Shown: piece by piece, positions 8,946 to 18,537 of the stretch | Position numbering within the stretch: position 1 is the first letter of the stretch | Layout: every line of letters begins with the position of its first letter | Source of the DNA: a virus | Reading direction: 5' to 3' (one strand) | DNA: 64,000 nt | IMG/VR virus record: IMGVR_UViG_3300027793_000055 | Coordinates: 32,001-96,000 of that record | Position numbers and translations under genes: made by a program | Notes under the pieces: generated by a model | Told to the model about the DNA's origin: nothing | Databases searched by the model: none | The model's input: the letters and a program-made list of their open reading frames with translations, nothing else

Positions 8946-10301
8946 CTATTTCTTGATACCTGCAAGTTTACTCCATCTATCAAAAGCTGGTGTAGTTGCT
9001 GGTTCTTCTTTCTCTCTAGAACGAATACTAAAACTACTATTTCGTGAAACTGCTTCGCTTAGTGATTTTGGTTCTTTTGTTGCCTTAGCTGAACCCACCG
9101 TGCTTTGAAGTGTTTCAAATATAATTTTAACTTCGTCTACAGAATCAGCTTTTGAAATAGCTTCGACAATATGATTTTTTTGTCGCTCATTCAAGGAGAC
9201 GCTACTTAGTGCCTGATTCTTGTAATATAACTTAGCATTTTGAACATTCATTTGTTCAACCTGCTTCGCAAATTCTAATGCACTTATTTGCATTTCTTTA
9301 TGCTCTTTTAATAAACGTGCATTTTCTTCTGCTAGTAGCTTGTTCTTATTCTGAACTTTTTTATGCTCTTCTAGCAGTTGTGAAGTTTTTTGGGCCAAAA
9401 CTTGTGCTTCATTTAGCATTTTCTTTTCATTGTTTTTGGCAGTTTTGTTTTCACGCAATTGGCCTGTGATTAAGTGTTTTGCAACTTCTGCTGCAATTGC
9501 ATTAATTAATTTATTATCTTTAATTGCTTCTATGCCAACATCGCCTTCGATTTGTGCTTTATCTGAACTAGTACGATTTGGATAACGAGCATCTTCTTCT
9601 AGATCCTCTGAATCTTCTGACTCTTTGCTATCATCATCTAATTCAACGCCACGAGCAACAAGAACATCTTTTTTTGTTACCTTATTAAATGGAGGAGCTT
9701 TAGCAGCTAGATCTTTTTCACGATCTGACATTTCTTCTAAATCTTCTACTTCTTGGAATAATTCTTCATCTTCTAAAAGACTATTGATTAGTTCTTCATC
9801 TAATTCAATTTCTTCATCCATATTTTCTTCTTGCATTAATGGCTCTTCTTCTGGTACTTCTGGTGCCATATTTGCATTTACATCTGGTGCAGCAGGAGAT
9901 TCTTCAGCAGGAGTCATTGGTGCTGGAAGTGTACTTTGTGCAACTTGCATTTCTGGTGGTTGCATCATAGCTTTTTGCAATTGATTAAAATCAATTTCTA
10001 TAACTTCTTCATTATCTGGACAAGGACATAAATTCATTCCATTTGTAGCTGCCATAGGTATCTGTTTATCTAAACTACCTTGTGCTTGATCAGCACCTAA
10101 AGTATCCATATCTGGATCTAATAATGGTTCTTCAGTTCCTATATCACCGGGAGAAGCTTCATCTTGCTCTAAAAGAAGAGCTTCAACAGCTTTTTTAACT
10201 TCTGGATTATATTTTTCTAATATTGTTTCTTGTGCACTCTTTAAAGCAGCTTCTTTAAGTGCTTTTGCATCAATTATGGCTTCTTCTAGCAAATTTGACA
10301 T
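8946..10301 (-). CDS. Prohead scaffold/core protein
   Basis: Directly upstream of MCP; acidic centre, coiled coil, C-terminal RWSKLAGIK. Confidence 0.75.
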   Translation of the reverse strand: MSNLLEEAIIDAKALKEAALKSAQETILEKYNPEVKKAVEALLLEQDEASPGDIGTEEPLLDPDMDTLGADQAQGSLDKQIPMAATNGMNLCPCPDNEEVIEIDFNQLQKAMMQPPEMQVAQSTLPAPMTPAEESPAAPDVNANMAPEVPEEEPLMQEENMDEEIELDEELINSLLEDEELFQEVEDLEEMSDREKDLAAKAPPFNKVTKKDVLVARGVELDDDSKESEDSEDLEEDARYPNRTSSDKAQIEGDVGIEAIKDNKLINAIAAEVAKHLITGQLRENKTAKNNEKKMLNEAQVLAQKTSQLLEEHKKVQNKNKLLAEENARLLKEHKEMQISALEFAKQVEQMNVQNAKLYYKNQALSSVSLNERQKNHIVEAISKADSVDEVKIIFETLQSTVGSAKATKEPKSLSEAVSRNSSFSIRSREKEEPATTPAFDRWSKLAGIKK

Positions 10302-10335
10302 TCTTGTCTCCCAAATAAATATAGAAATTCAATAT

Positions 10336-10351
10336 AACTAGTATACTAGTT
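10336..10351. promoter_or_regulatory. Perfect 16-bp palindrome overlapping ACTAGTTA motif
   Basis: AACTAGTATACTAGTT upstream of the scaffold-MCP pair. Confidence 0.5.
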
Positions 10352-10365
10352 GTATAAAATGCCTT

Positions 10366-10920
10366 TTAACGCTTGTTAATCATACATTTTATTAAATTGC
10401 TGTCACCGGATGCATCTTCAAGAGCTTGACCAATTATAATACCGGTTAAATCTCTTTTAAAAACACTCCATTTTTTCTTCTTGACTGCCATTCCGTGGCC
10501 TGTTATATTACTAGTACAGATAAAATCACCACGTTTAACTTCACCAGTTACTAAAACTAATTCTGCTCCAAAAACAACCGGTTCACTTTTGTTGTCTTTA
10601 GTAACACCCATAACAAGTATATCTTCTTCTTTTCTGCAGGGTTCTAGACCATTTTCACCCCAAACAAGCACAGTGCCATCACTATACATAGCAATTGATG
10701 GCGTTGAGAGGCCATATTCGAATATAGCACCAACTGTTGTTTGTACAGCATATATATCTTTCCAACGAAATGTAGGACTACCTAGATCTGTAATACCATT
10801 TCCATTAGGTGATAAATTTCCAGTAACCGCAACAGAACCGCTAAAACTAACAGTTCCATTATCTAATATTCTATGGATTACAGTGGTGCCTTTATATACG
10901 GCAAGACCTTTTGCTGCCAT
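10366..10920 (-). CDS. Short fibre-like protein with chaperone/autoprotease-like C-terminus
   Basis: DLGSPTFRWKDIY fibre motif; GDFICTS...G.GM, IIGQALED; N-terminus shared with 11035..14553. Confidence 0.5.
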   Translation of the reverse strand: MAAKGLAVYKGTTVIHRILDNGTVSFSGSVAVTGNLSPNGNGITDLGSPTFRWKDIYAVQTTVGAIFEYGLSTPSIAMYSDGTVLVWGENGLEPCRKEEDILVMGVTKDNKSEPVVFGAELVLVTGEVKRGDFICTSNITGHGMAVKKKKWSVFKRDLTGIIIGQALEDASGDSNLIKCMINKR

Positions 10921-10978
10921 TATTAACCTCTACAATATTATAAATATAGCTATAACACAAAAAAAGCCAATTTTAATT

Positions 10979-11009
10979 AAAAAAAAGAAGGGCTGACCAG
11001 CAGCCCTTC
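10979..11009 (-). terminator. Intrinsic terminator
   Basis: GAAGGGCTG/CAGCCCTTC stem followed by T8 on minus strand. Confidence 0.8.
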
Positions 11010-11034
11010 CTAAACCAACCTAAATCAGTTTAAA

Positions 11035-14000
11035 TCAGCCCATATAGAATGGAGCATCAAACCATTCACCATCTTGACGGAAGTACCAGCACTTGCCACG
11101 TGGGAAAGTACCTGTTGGATCGTCACTTACATCGGTGAGATAGAACATATCACCATCTTGTGCTGTACGGGCGGCAGCTTGTACACGTGTCATTCTGGTT
11201 GAGACAGCGCCTTGTGATACTTGCATATCACCGGTTGAAACTGTCAAACCACCAGCTACTGTTGCGCCACCAGTGACACTCAAACCAGCACTAGCTGAGA
11301 GTTGAGCGGCTGATAGTGAACCGGCGATACTAACTGAATCTTTTAGAGAAACAGTTACAACGCCTGCTGCACTTGCAACAGCGATATTGCTTGAACTGAC
11401 AATCGAGAATGCACCACCAAATGGATCAACAGACATACCGTTGACACTAAATGATGCACTATTGATTTGTGCTTGTAGACCAGCTTCAGCAGCGGTTGCA
11501 CGTTGGATTTCAGAAACTAAGTTGCCACTTAGTGTACTGATATCTGCACCAATATTTGTGACAGCAGCTAATAGAGCATTATCATTGGTTAGATCGATGC
11601 TGTTAACAAAGTCAACAACTTCTTTAAATGTATCGAGATCAACACTTGAGCCTGATAGAATTGCATCAATTCTACCTTTTTCAGTGTTAATTGCTGATTG
11701 TAAACCAGCTTCAGCGCCTTCAGCACGGGTTTTTTCTGCTGCAATTGCTGTAGCTAATGAACCTGATACTGAATCAAGATTACTTTGTACGAGTGCTTCT
11801 GCTGTTGCTGCTCTAGATGCTTCAGCAGCTAGTGCAGTTGCAAAAGAACTTGATAGTGAAGAATTAGCACTTGTTTGAGCCGAATCAAGACTATCAATAT
11901 AACCCTTTAGTGAGCCAGATGCTGAATCTAGGTTACTTTGTATTAATCCTTCTGCTGCTGTTGCTCTGGCAATTTCTGCAGCCAATGCTGAAGAAAGTGA
12001 ACTTGAAAGAGCTGATGTATCACCAGATGCGCCAGATTGAATTGCGTCAATAGCAGCTTTCAATGAACCTGAAACACTGTCCAAATTTGACTGTACAGCT
12101 GCATCACCCGCTATTCTAGCAGCTATTTCTGCTGCTAACGAACTGGAAACAGCACCAGATAGATCTGTTACTGCTGCAGCACGATCAGTAATTTCTTGTA
12201 CAAGAGCACCACTAATAGCGGCAACTCTTAATGTCAAGTCTTGTGCAGCACTTCCTGAACCATCCAAGAAAGCAGCGATTTCTTGAATACTGTTCAATGA
12301 AGAAGTGATTGTTGCTAGTGTTGCACTATCACCAACTATTGCATTAACAGTTGTTTCTAGTGAGCCAACACGAGTATTAAATGAACTAGAAAGTGAATTT
12401 CTAGCAGTTGTTTGAGCGCCTAATGCAGCATCAATACCAGCAAAGTGACCTAATGAACTGGTTACTGTACCAGACATTGTGTAATTTACTGGAACATGTG
12501 AAACGAATTGGCTTCCTGCATTATCCAAGAAATCATAAACAACACCACTACCAGTATCTAATGCTCTGGCAGTTAGAATGCCATTGCTTGCTCTACTAAA
12601 TGCTAGAGTTGTGTGAGATACAGAGTCAATCTTATATCTTGCTGTACCGGTTGTTGGACCAATCTTGTATACTGAAGCACCGCCTTGACTTGCTACAGTT
12701 ATTGCTCTAAATTGGGTGTTAACTATGCCCAAGTATGAAGTTGATGTACTGCCACCAATTGAACCGTTGGTAACAACACCACCCATTGTGCGGTCAATAT
12801 CATAAACACGGCAACCATCAATTTCACCAATGGTCATTGTTGGACCAATTACTGATGCAAATGTTGAGTTGTGTGCTTTAAGTGTTAATGAGCCGAAAGA
12901 TGGTACTGTGGTACTTGCTCCAAATGGAACAAAGCCGCAGTATGTTCTTGAACCTGAATCAGCATTACCGATTCTGGATGATTCAACTTCTAGAACAACC
13001 GCTGGTGCGCGTGCTGATGTGACAGTGTTGTCATGAATCATTACTACGCCGCCGAGGATGGCTGCATTATCAACTGAAACATAGAACTGACCGAAGTTTG
13101 AATCCCAATTATAGTTTGCACCACCATTTTCGAATTCAAGTGATGTTCTACCGGTTACTGTAACAACGTTCGCTGTTGGATCTGATTCAAGACCGCCACC
13201 TGCATCACCAGCGATTTCAAAACTCATTTGAGCAGAGAAGCCGGTCCATGGTGCTGGATATTGCGCCTTAAATGCTTCTAGATTTGATGCTGGGAAGTCT
13301 GCCTTCTTAACATCCATCTTAACGGTACCGGCGATTCTAGCGCCATTACCAACTAGGGCAACACGGGCACGCTTAAATCCTAGTACAACATCTTCTGCAT
13401 ATGTACCAGGAGCTAGTTTAAAGATTAGTTTTTCAGTAACGAATTTTTCAACATTAGCATTGTATGTTGTATTCGAAGAATTACCTAATGACTGAACTTG
13501 TGAATAAGCGTAGTTGATTGTTCTGAATGGTTTTAATAGTGTACCATTACCAACTGCGTCTAAACCACCAACAGGGTCAACGTGTACTACGTTACCATTA
13601 TATGCTTCTAGAGCATCTAATCTTACATCTAGTGCATCAATTGAACTTGATAGTGCTTGATCTGCTGCAATACGTGCAGAAGCTTCGGCACTAATAGCAC
13701 CAGATAGAGAGCCGGAAACTGAATCTAGGTTACTTTGAACCTGTGCTTCAGCAGCGGTTGCTCTGGTAACTTCAGCAGCTAGTGCTGAAGAAAGCGAACT
13801 TGAAACTTCACCGTCTCTTAAATCAATATAGGACTTTAGTGAACTTGAAAGTGCTGAAGTATCACCAGAAGCACCTGATTGAATTGCGTCAATAGCTGCT
13901 TTTAATGAACTTGAAACATTATTCAAATTTGTTTGGACTGCTGCATCGCCAGAAACACGATCAGTTGCTTCTTGTACCAAAGCACCACTGATACGGCTTA

Positions 14001-14553
14001 CTTCGGTACTCAAGTCAGCAACTAGAGTTACTGGATTGCCATCACCGTCTAGATATTCAGCTAGATTTTGAATGGTTGTTAATGCAGCAGAAATGCTGCC
14101 TGTATCACCAATCAATGTATTAACTGTTGTTTCTAGTGTGCCAACACGACCGGTCAAAGATGAAACGGCTGTGTTATTTGAAGCTGTATAAGCATTTAAT
14201 GCTGATGCAGCTGCATTAGCAACTGCAGTATCGCCAGCTTCTCTTGCTGCAGCTTCTGCACTATCTTGTGCATCAATATATGATTTTAGCGAACTTGAAA
14301 GAGCCGCCTCGCCATTTGCTGCTTCGTTTTTTAATTCAACTAAAATACCACCTAGTGTGGTATTTGAGAATTCACCGCCAACATTACCAACTAGAATATT
14401 GTTGGCTGATGCGGTTAGTTGACCGGTTACGTTAATGTTACCACTAACTGTTACTGCTGCTGGATTTACAGCGGTACCGAGTTCAACTCTACCATCTTGC
14501 ATTAATTTGTGGACTACTGCGGAGCCACTAAATACTGCTAAACCTTTTTTCAT
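11035..14553 (-). CDS. Long coiled-coil fibre with central beta-helix-like domain
   Basis: AE-x-x-RATAAE / QSNLDSVSGSL repeats; VHVDPVGG.DAVGNGT..KPFRTI...LAPGTY motif. Confidence 0.7.
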   Translation of the reverse strand: MKKGLAVFSGSAVVHKLMQDGRVELGTAVNPAAVTVSGNINVTGQLTASANNILVGNVGGEFSNTTLGGILVELKNEAANGEAALSSSLKSYIDAQDSAEAAAREAGDTAVANAAASALNAYTASNNTAVSSLTGRVGTLETTVNTLIGDTGSISAALTTIQNLAEYLDGDGNPVTLVADLSTEVSRISGALVQEATDRVSGDAAVQTNLNNVSSSLKAAIDAIQSGASGDTSALSSSLKSYIDLRDGEVSSSLSSALAAEVTRATAAEAQVQSNLDSVSGSLSGAISAEASARIAADQALSSSIDALDVRLDALEAYNGNVVHVDPVGGLDAVGNGTLLKPFRTINYAYSQVQSLGNSSNTTYNANVEKFVTEKLIFKLAPGTYAEDVVLGFKRARVALVGNGARIAGTVKMDVKKADFPASNLEAFKAQYPAPWTGFSAQMSFEIAGDAGGGLESDPTANVVTVTGRTSLEFENGGANYNWDSNFGQFYVSVDNAAILGGVVMIHDNTVTSARAPAVVLEVESSRIGNADSGSRTYCGFVPFGASTTVPSFGSLTLKAHNSTFASVIGPTMTIGEIDGCRVYDIDRTMGGVVTNGSIGGSTSTSYLGIVNTQFRAITVASQGGASVYKIGPTTGTARYKIDSVSHTTLAFSRASNGILTARALDTGSGVVYDFLDNAGSQFVSHVPVNYTMSGTVTSSLGHFAGIDAALGAQTTARNSLSSSFNTRVGSLETTVNAIVGDSATLATITSSLNSIQEIAAFLDGSGSAAQDLTLRVAAISGALVQEITDRAAAVTDLSGAVSSSLAAEIAARIAGDAAVQSNLDSVSGSLKAAIDAIQSGASGDTSALSSSLSSALAAEIARATAAEGLIQSNLDSASGSLKGYIDSLDSAQTSANSSLSSSFATALAAEASRAATAEALVQSNLDSVSGSLATAIAAEKTRAEGAEAGLQSAINTEKGRIDAILSGSSVDLDTFKEVVDFVNSIDLTNDNALLAAVTNIGADISTLSGNLVSEIQRATAAEAGLQAQINSASFSVNGMSVDPFGGAFSIVSSSNIAVASAAGVVTVSLKDSVSIAGSLSAAQLSASAGLSVTGGATVAGGLTVSTGDMQVSQGAVSTRMTRVQAAARTAQDGDMFYLTDVSDDPTGTFPRGKCWYFRQDGEWFDAPFYMG

Positions 14554-14691
14554 ATTTTTAAATCTCCTAAATAAGTTAAAGATCTTTTATATTGTACCAG
14601 GCCCAATTATAAAAGTTTCGATTATATATAATTAGTTTCAAAATTTTTTAAAAATCTTAAGTAGTCTCTCTGTTTTTATAAATCCTCGTCG

Positions 14692-14722
14692 ACAAAACAA
14701 AATGTGGCATTGCTGCCACATT
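14692..14722 (-). terminator. Intrinsic terminator after bS21
   Basis: AATGTGGCA-GCAA-TGCCACATT-TTGTTTTGT. Confidence 0.8.
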
Positions 14723-14775
14723 CTATTTAACTTATTTAGGAATATCTGACTTATCTAACACATCTGACAATTTGG

Positions 14776-14982
14776 TCAATCTTTTTCCGAAGCTTTTTCT
14801 TGTTTAAGCTTCTCTAACACCCTCTTTCTTCTGCGTTTTTGTTCATTCCTTTTGACCGAAGGTTTTTTAAAATATTTTCTTTCTTGTAGGTTGTCCATTA
14901 AACCACTTTTCTTAACTTTATTAAGAAATTTTTTAATGGCAAAGTCTACATTTTCATCTCTACCGACCTTTACCGCTGTCAT
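14776..14982 (-). CDS. rpsU: Phage-encoded ribosomal protein bS21
   Basis: V.VG.DENVDFAIKKF..KVKKSG....L.ERKYF.KPSVKR. Confidence 0.9.
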   Translation of the reverse strand: MTAVKVGRDENVDFAIKKFLNKVKKSGLMDNLQERKYFKKPSVKRNEQKRRRKRVLEKLKQEKASEKD

Positions 14983-15458
14983 TTCTTCGTACCTTTCATA
15001 AATGCTTGTGTAAACTTTGGATTTAACAAGCCACTAATATCAACTCCAGCATCATTTGGTGCTATTCCTTGAAGTGGATTAACTGGACCGGTTTGAACCG
15101 GTTCATCCGGAATAGTATCGTTGATACCTTCAAAAATGTTAACACCTTTGTATGCTGTTCTGCCAATATTATCTAATGCTTCTCTATTATTACTTAAAAC
15201 TTTTTTAGCTTGTGATCTTTTTAGGATCTCGCGCATATGTGAATCTTGATCAAATCCTTTTTCTTCTTCAAGGAATTGCTGTTTTGGTTGTATTTTTGTT
15301 GGTTGTTTGTTTTCAACTAATACAGGTTGTAAGCCTTTTACAACTTCACTGATAACTTGAGATAATAATCCACTTTCTAAAAGAATGGTTTGAATATTTT
15401 CATTAACACATTCCCTTACAATTGGTTCAATTATCTCTTTTAACTCACTCTTTTTCAT
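14979..15458 (-). CDS. Hypothetical head-module protein
   Basis: ORF; MKKSELKEII start; P.D.GVDIS C-terminus. Confidence 0.6.
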   Translation of the reverse strand: MKKSELKEIIEPIVRECVNENIQTILLESGLLSQVISEVVKGLQPVLVENKQPTKIQPKQQFLEEEKGFDQDSHMREILKRSQAKKVLSNNREALDNIGRTAYKGVNIFEGINDTIPDEPVQTGPVNPLQGIAPNDAGVDISGLLNPKFTQAFMKGTKK

Positions 15459-15470
15459 TCTTGCCTCGTA

Positions 15471-16070
15471 TCAATCAATTATATCATTAATGAGTCTGAC
15501 TAGTTTATCGCTCTTTGTCATCTCAGCAGGCTTTTTTGCTTCGCTTAAGTTAAGGAAGGCACCTTTTGTAGACGGTTCAGATACTATATCAAAACAAATA
15601 AGTTGTAAATCATCTTCTACAATTGTTTTGCCTTGTGATTCTCTAACTGAACCAAGTGCTCTTGAAGAAATGCCAAGTGTTACACCATTGCTAATAAGTG
15701 CTTTTAAAATATTACCAGCTGGTGTATCTAATATTTTTAATTTACCCATAACATCTTTTCCATTCCACCAAACATCTGTTACAATGTGTGAAACGTTTTT
15801 AAGATTAATTACTGAATCATCAGGATGATCCAACTCACCAACAGCACGATTTTGAGCAATTATATTTTTATAGTTTTCTATTTCTCTCTCAAGTGTCTTT
15901 TGTGGATAAACGCGACCATTACCATTTTGTGCATCTGCTCTTTGCATAACACCTGTTAAGAAAAAAGCCTTTTGTTCACGAACAAGTGTTTTTTCACTTT
16001 CGGTTAATAAGTCTTCACATTTACCACCATCACAAAGTTGGTAGAATTCTCTTAAAACATATTTACTCAT
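15471..16070 (-). CDS. gp21: Prohead core protease (gp21-like)
   Basis: NGNGRVYP, GELDHP, GISSRALGS, ICFDIVSEPST.GAF. Confidence 0.92.
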   Translation of the reverse strand: MSKYVLREFYQLCDGGKCEDLLTESEKTLVREQKAFFLTGVMQRADAQNGNGRVYPQKTLEREIENYKNIIAQNRAVGELDHPDDSVINLKNVSHIVTDVWWNGKDVMGKLKILDTPAGNILKALISNGVTLGISSRALGSVRESQGKTIVEDDLQLICFDIVSEPSTKGAFLNLSEAKKPAEMTKSDKLVRLINDIID

Positions 16071-17278
16071 TTGGTTTTACCTGTTAGGAGGTTAAATATT
16101 TCTTCAACAATTGCTTCTTGAAGAGACTCGCCCAATCTTCCACCAGATTTCTGCATACCTCTCTGTAATGAAGATGTTATTTGTTTTTTAGTTTTACTTG
16201 TAGGTCGTTTTGCTATTGGTTTTTTAGTCTTGGTTGGAGGTAGGGCACCCAAAAGTCTTAAAAGTTCATCTTTTTCTTTTGCATTAAGAACACCGCCAGA
16301 ATCAAATTTTTTCTTAAGTACGCCCAATTTATCAGCATTGGTTTTTGCAATTTGTTGTCCTGTTTGTGGTTCTTCATCTACCGGTGCAAGAAATTTTATT
16401 TTAGCATTCTTGGTAGCTACTTCCGTACCAGAAACTACATCTGGTACTTCTGCTGGTTGTGCTGCTGCTGGTTGTGCTGGTTCTGCTAAACCATAATGTT
16501 GTTTTAATGATTGTGCGGCACGAGCACTTAATTGTTCTCCAGTTCTAGGATCTAAGCCTTGTGATATAGCCGCACTAACTTTCTGAGAATTTTGTGGATC
16601 TTTTAGCATATCATTTATTTTTGTAATTCTACGAGCGTCTTCTTGACCTTGAAAATCGCCTGCTTGCGGTTGTGGTGGTGGTTTTGCTGTTAAACTTGCT
16701 GCTGCGGGTTGTGCTGGCGCAGCATCTTGTTCTGGAGTTGAAGCCGGTTCTTCACTTTCTATATCACTATCTGATACTTCGGTATCACCAGTTTGTGTTT
16801 GCTGTACATCTGATTTTTCAACTGGCTTACTACCTTTTGGTATTAAGCCTAGGCTAGTCATCATTTTATTGGCTTTCTCGTTTTTTTTCATAGAATCAAT
16901 AAAATCAGTTAACATTTGTGGTGTAACTTTTTTATTTTTAATCATTTTTATGAAATCTGCACCAAGAGCTTCTTTTAAATTATCTTCTTCATCTGAACCA
17001 AATACTTGTTTACCAAATTCTGTTGCAAGTATTGCTTTTGTAATTCCTGGATCTCTTTGAGCCATTTGTAAGAAATCGCCCACTTTTCGAAGAGTTTTAT
17101 CATCAAGCTGTGGTGGGGGAGCTACTTTTTCACCAGCTTGAGTCATTTTCTTACCGGTAGTAGTCAACACAGAAGAAGCTTTACTTCTTAGCCAATCGCT
17201 TACTCCTTCATTTTTGAGATCTTGCTCAAGCATTTCTTTAATAACTAATTTTTTTAATTCTTCTCTAGAGATTGCCAT
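16067..17278 (-). CDS. Hypothetical protein with Pro/Ala/Gln low-complexity centre
   Basis: 403-aa ORF with GGAG RBS and upstream motif. Confidence 0.6.
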   Translation of the reverse strand: MAISREELKKLVIKEMLEQDLKNEGVSDWLRSKASSVLTTTGKKMTQAGEKVAPPPQLDDKTLRKVGDFLQMAQRDPGITKAILATEFGKQVFGSDEEDNLKEALGADFIKMIKNKKVTPQMLTDFIDSMKKNEKANKMMTSLGLIPKGSKPVEKSDVQQTQTGDTEVSDSDIESEEPASTPEQDAAPAQPAAASLTAKPPPQPQAGDFQGQEDARRITKINDMLKDPQNSQKVSAAISQGLDPRTGEQLSARAAQSLKQHYGLAEPAQPAAAQPAEVPDVVSGTEVATKNAKIKFLAPVDEEPQTGQQIAKTNADKLGVLKKKFDSGGVLNAKEKDELLRLLGALPPTKTKKPIAKRPTSKTKKQITSSLQRGMQKSGGRLGESLQEAIVEEIFNLLTGKTK

Positions 17279-17370
17279 AATATAGCTCCATAATCAACTA
17301 TTCAAAAAATAAATAGTTGAATTTTTATCAAATACATTAAGTTTTGTAGATTTTACGCCTCGCGACGGTT

Positions 17371-17393
17371 AAAAAAGCAGCGGCAAGCTGCTT
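17371..17393 (-). terminator. Intrinsic terminator
   Basis: AAGCAGC/GCTGCTT stem plus T run. Confidence 0.65.
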
Positions 17394-17396
17394 CAG

Positions 17397-17462
17397 TTAG
17401 CTGCCTTTGCAGCATCTACGGCAAACAGGCAGAAACCATTTTCTTGTGACTATTGGATTCAT
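17397..17462 (-). CDS. 21-aa Cys-rich microprotein (not in ORF track)
   Basis: AAGGAG-N5-ATG; MNPIVTRKWFLPVCRRCCKGS*; followed by terminator. Confidence 0.6.
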   Translation of the reverse strand: MNPIVTRKWFLPVCRRCCKGS

Positions 17463-17464
17463 AA

Positions 17465-17761
17465 CTACTCCTTGTTAAATTTAATCCCTTCATCAGAGAC
17501 TATTTTATCTAATAAATAGGACGTACCAGAACTTAAACAGGCCAATAAAAAGCCTGTTAATGGTAAATTATCAAAATGATATAATTTTGTTAATGGATTA
17601 ACCAACCATAGCAATAATCCAACCCAAAATCCCGTGCACATTGAACAGGATAATAACTCACCAAAAAATCCGGTCTTTGGTCTTATCCTATCAAATATTT
17701 TTCCATAACATAATATTTGTGTAAGACCGTATGCAACCAATATAAAAATTATTAAATTCAT
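17465..17761 (-). CDS. Small membrane protein (DUF1360-like)
   Basis: Three hydrophobic segments, GELLSCSMCTGFWVG. Confidence 0.65.
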   Translation of the reverse strand: MNLIIFILVAYGLTQILCYGKIFDRIRPKTGFFGELLSCSMCTGFWVGLLLWLVNPLTKLYHFDNLPLTGFLLACLSSGTSYLLDKIVSDEGIKFNKE

Positions 17762-17940
17762 CGTCGACGAGCTTTTGGTTTTTCTGAAATTCGATTTGCG
17801 TGTGATTTACCTGAGCCTTGTGAATCCTGTGATTCACCACCACGTTTTGATTTAATAGCTCTACGTTGTTTTCTATTAAGTTTCTGTTCTTCCGGTTTAC
17901 TTTCTTCTTGAACAGTTTCTTCTTTTTGGTCTTCTTGCAT
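17758..17940 (-). CDS. Small charged hypothetical protein
   Basis: Coupled ORF with LNRKQRR motif. Confidence 0.4.
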   Translation of the reverse strand: MQEDQKEETVQEESKPEEQKLNRKQRRAIKSKRGGESQDSQGSGKSHANRISEKPKARRR

Positions 17941-17943
17941 ATA

Positions 17944-18537
17944 TCACCACCAACCACCTAGATAACGGCGGCTTTGATATTTAGGAATTGAACCTTTTTC
18001 ACTCTCTTGAGGAACTTCTCCCAATTCTGTCGTTTCTTCATCAGTTGGTTCTGATAATCTATCATCAAATTCTTCTTCATACTTTTTATCAAATTCTAAA
18101 GCAGGTCTTTGACTATCGATCCAAGAAGCTATATTTAATAATACTAATTCATTTAATGGTATTGCTGTGTCTTTTGGTTTTAATATATTAGCTTCCATAG
18201 AACCAAATATATTTCCACCTTTTACAGTTTCTAGGGCTATAATACCTTTACGAGCCATATGATCAAAAAATCTATCCTGAGTATGGTAAACTAGTTCACT
18301 AAAGGCAATTTTATTATTTTCAGAGTATGGAATTGTTAGAATTTTCATTTTCTCTGGCATTAATATGATATCAATATAGTGGTGATCATATATGTAAAAA
18401 TTGCCATCTAGAGTTTTTCTTATGTTTAGCTTAGCACCTAATTTACCGTTAGGTTTTTGATCAACTTTTTGTTCTTGTGAAGTTTGTGCTTGATTATTTT
18501 CTTGCTCTTCTTCTCCAACTTTAACAGTAATTGCCAT
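17944..18537 (-). CDS. Hypothetical protein
   Basis: 197-aa coupled ORF in the portal operon. Confidence 0.6.
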   Translation of the reverse strand: MAITVKVGEEEQENNQAQTSQEQKVDQKPNGKLGAKLNIRKTLDGNFYIYDHHYIDIILMPEKMKILTIPYSENNKIAFSELVYHTQDRFFDHMARKGIIALETVKGGNIFGSMEANILKPKDTAIPLNELVLLNIASWIDSQRPALEFDKKYEEEFDDRLSEPTDEETTELGEVPQESEKGSIPKYQSRRYLGGWW

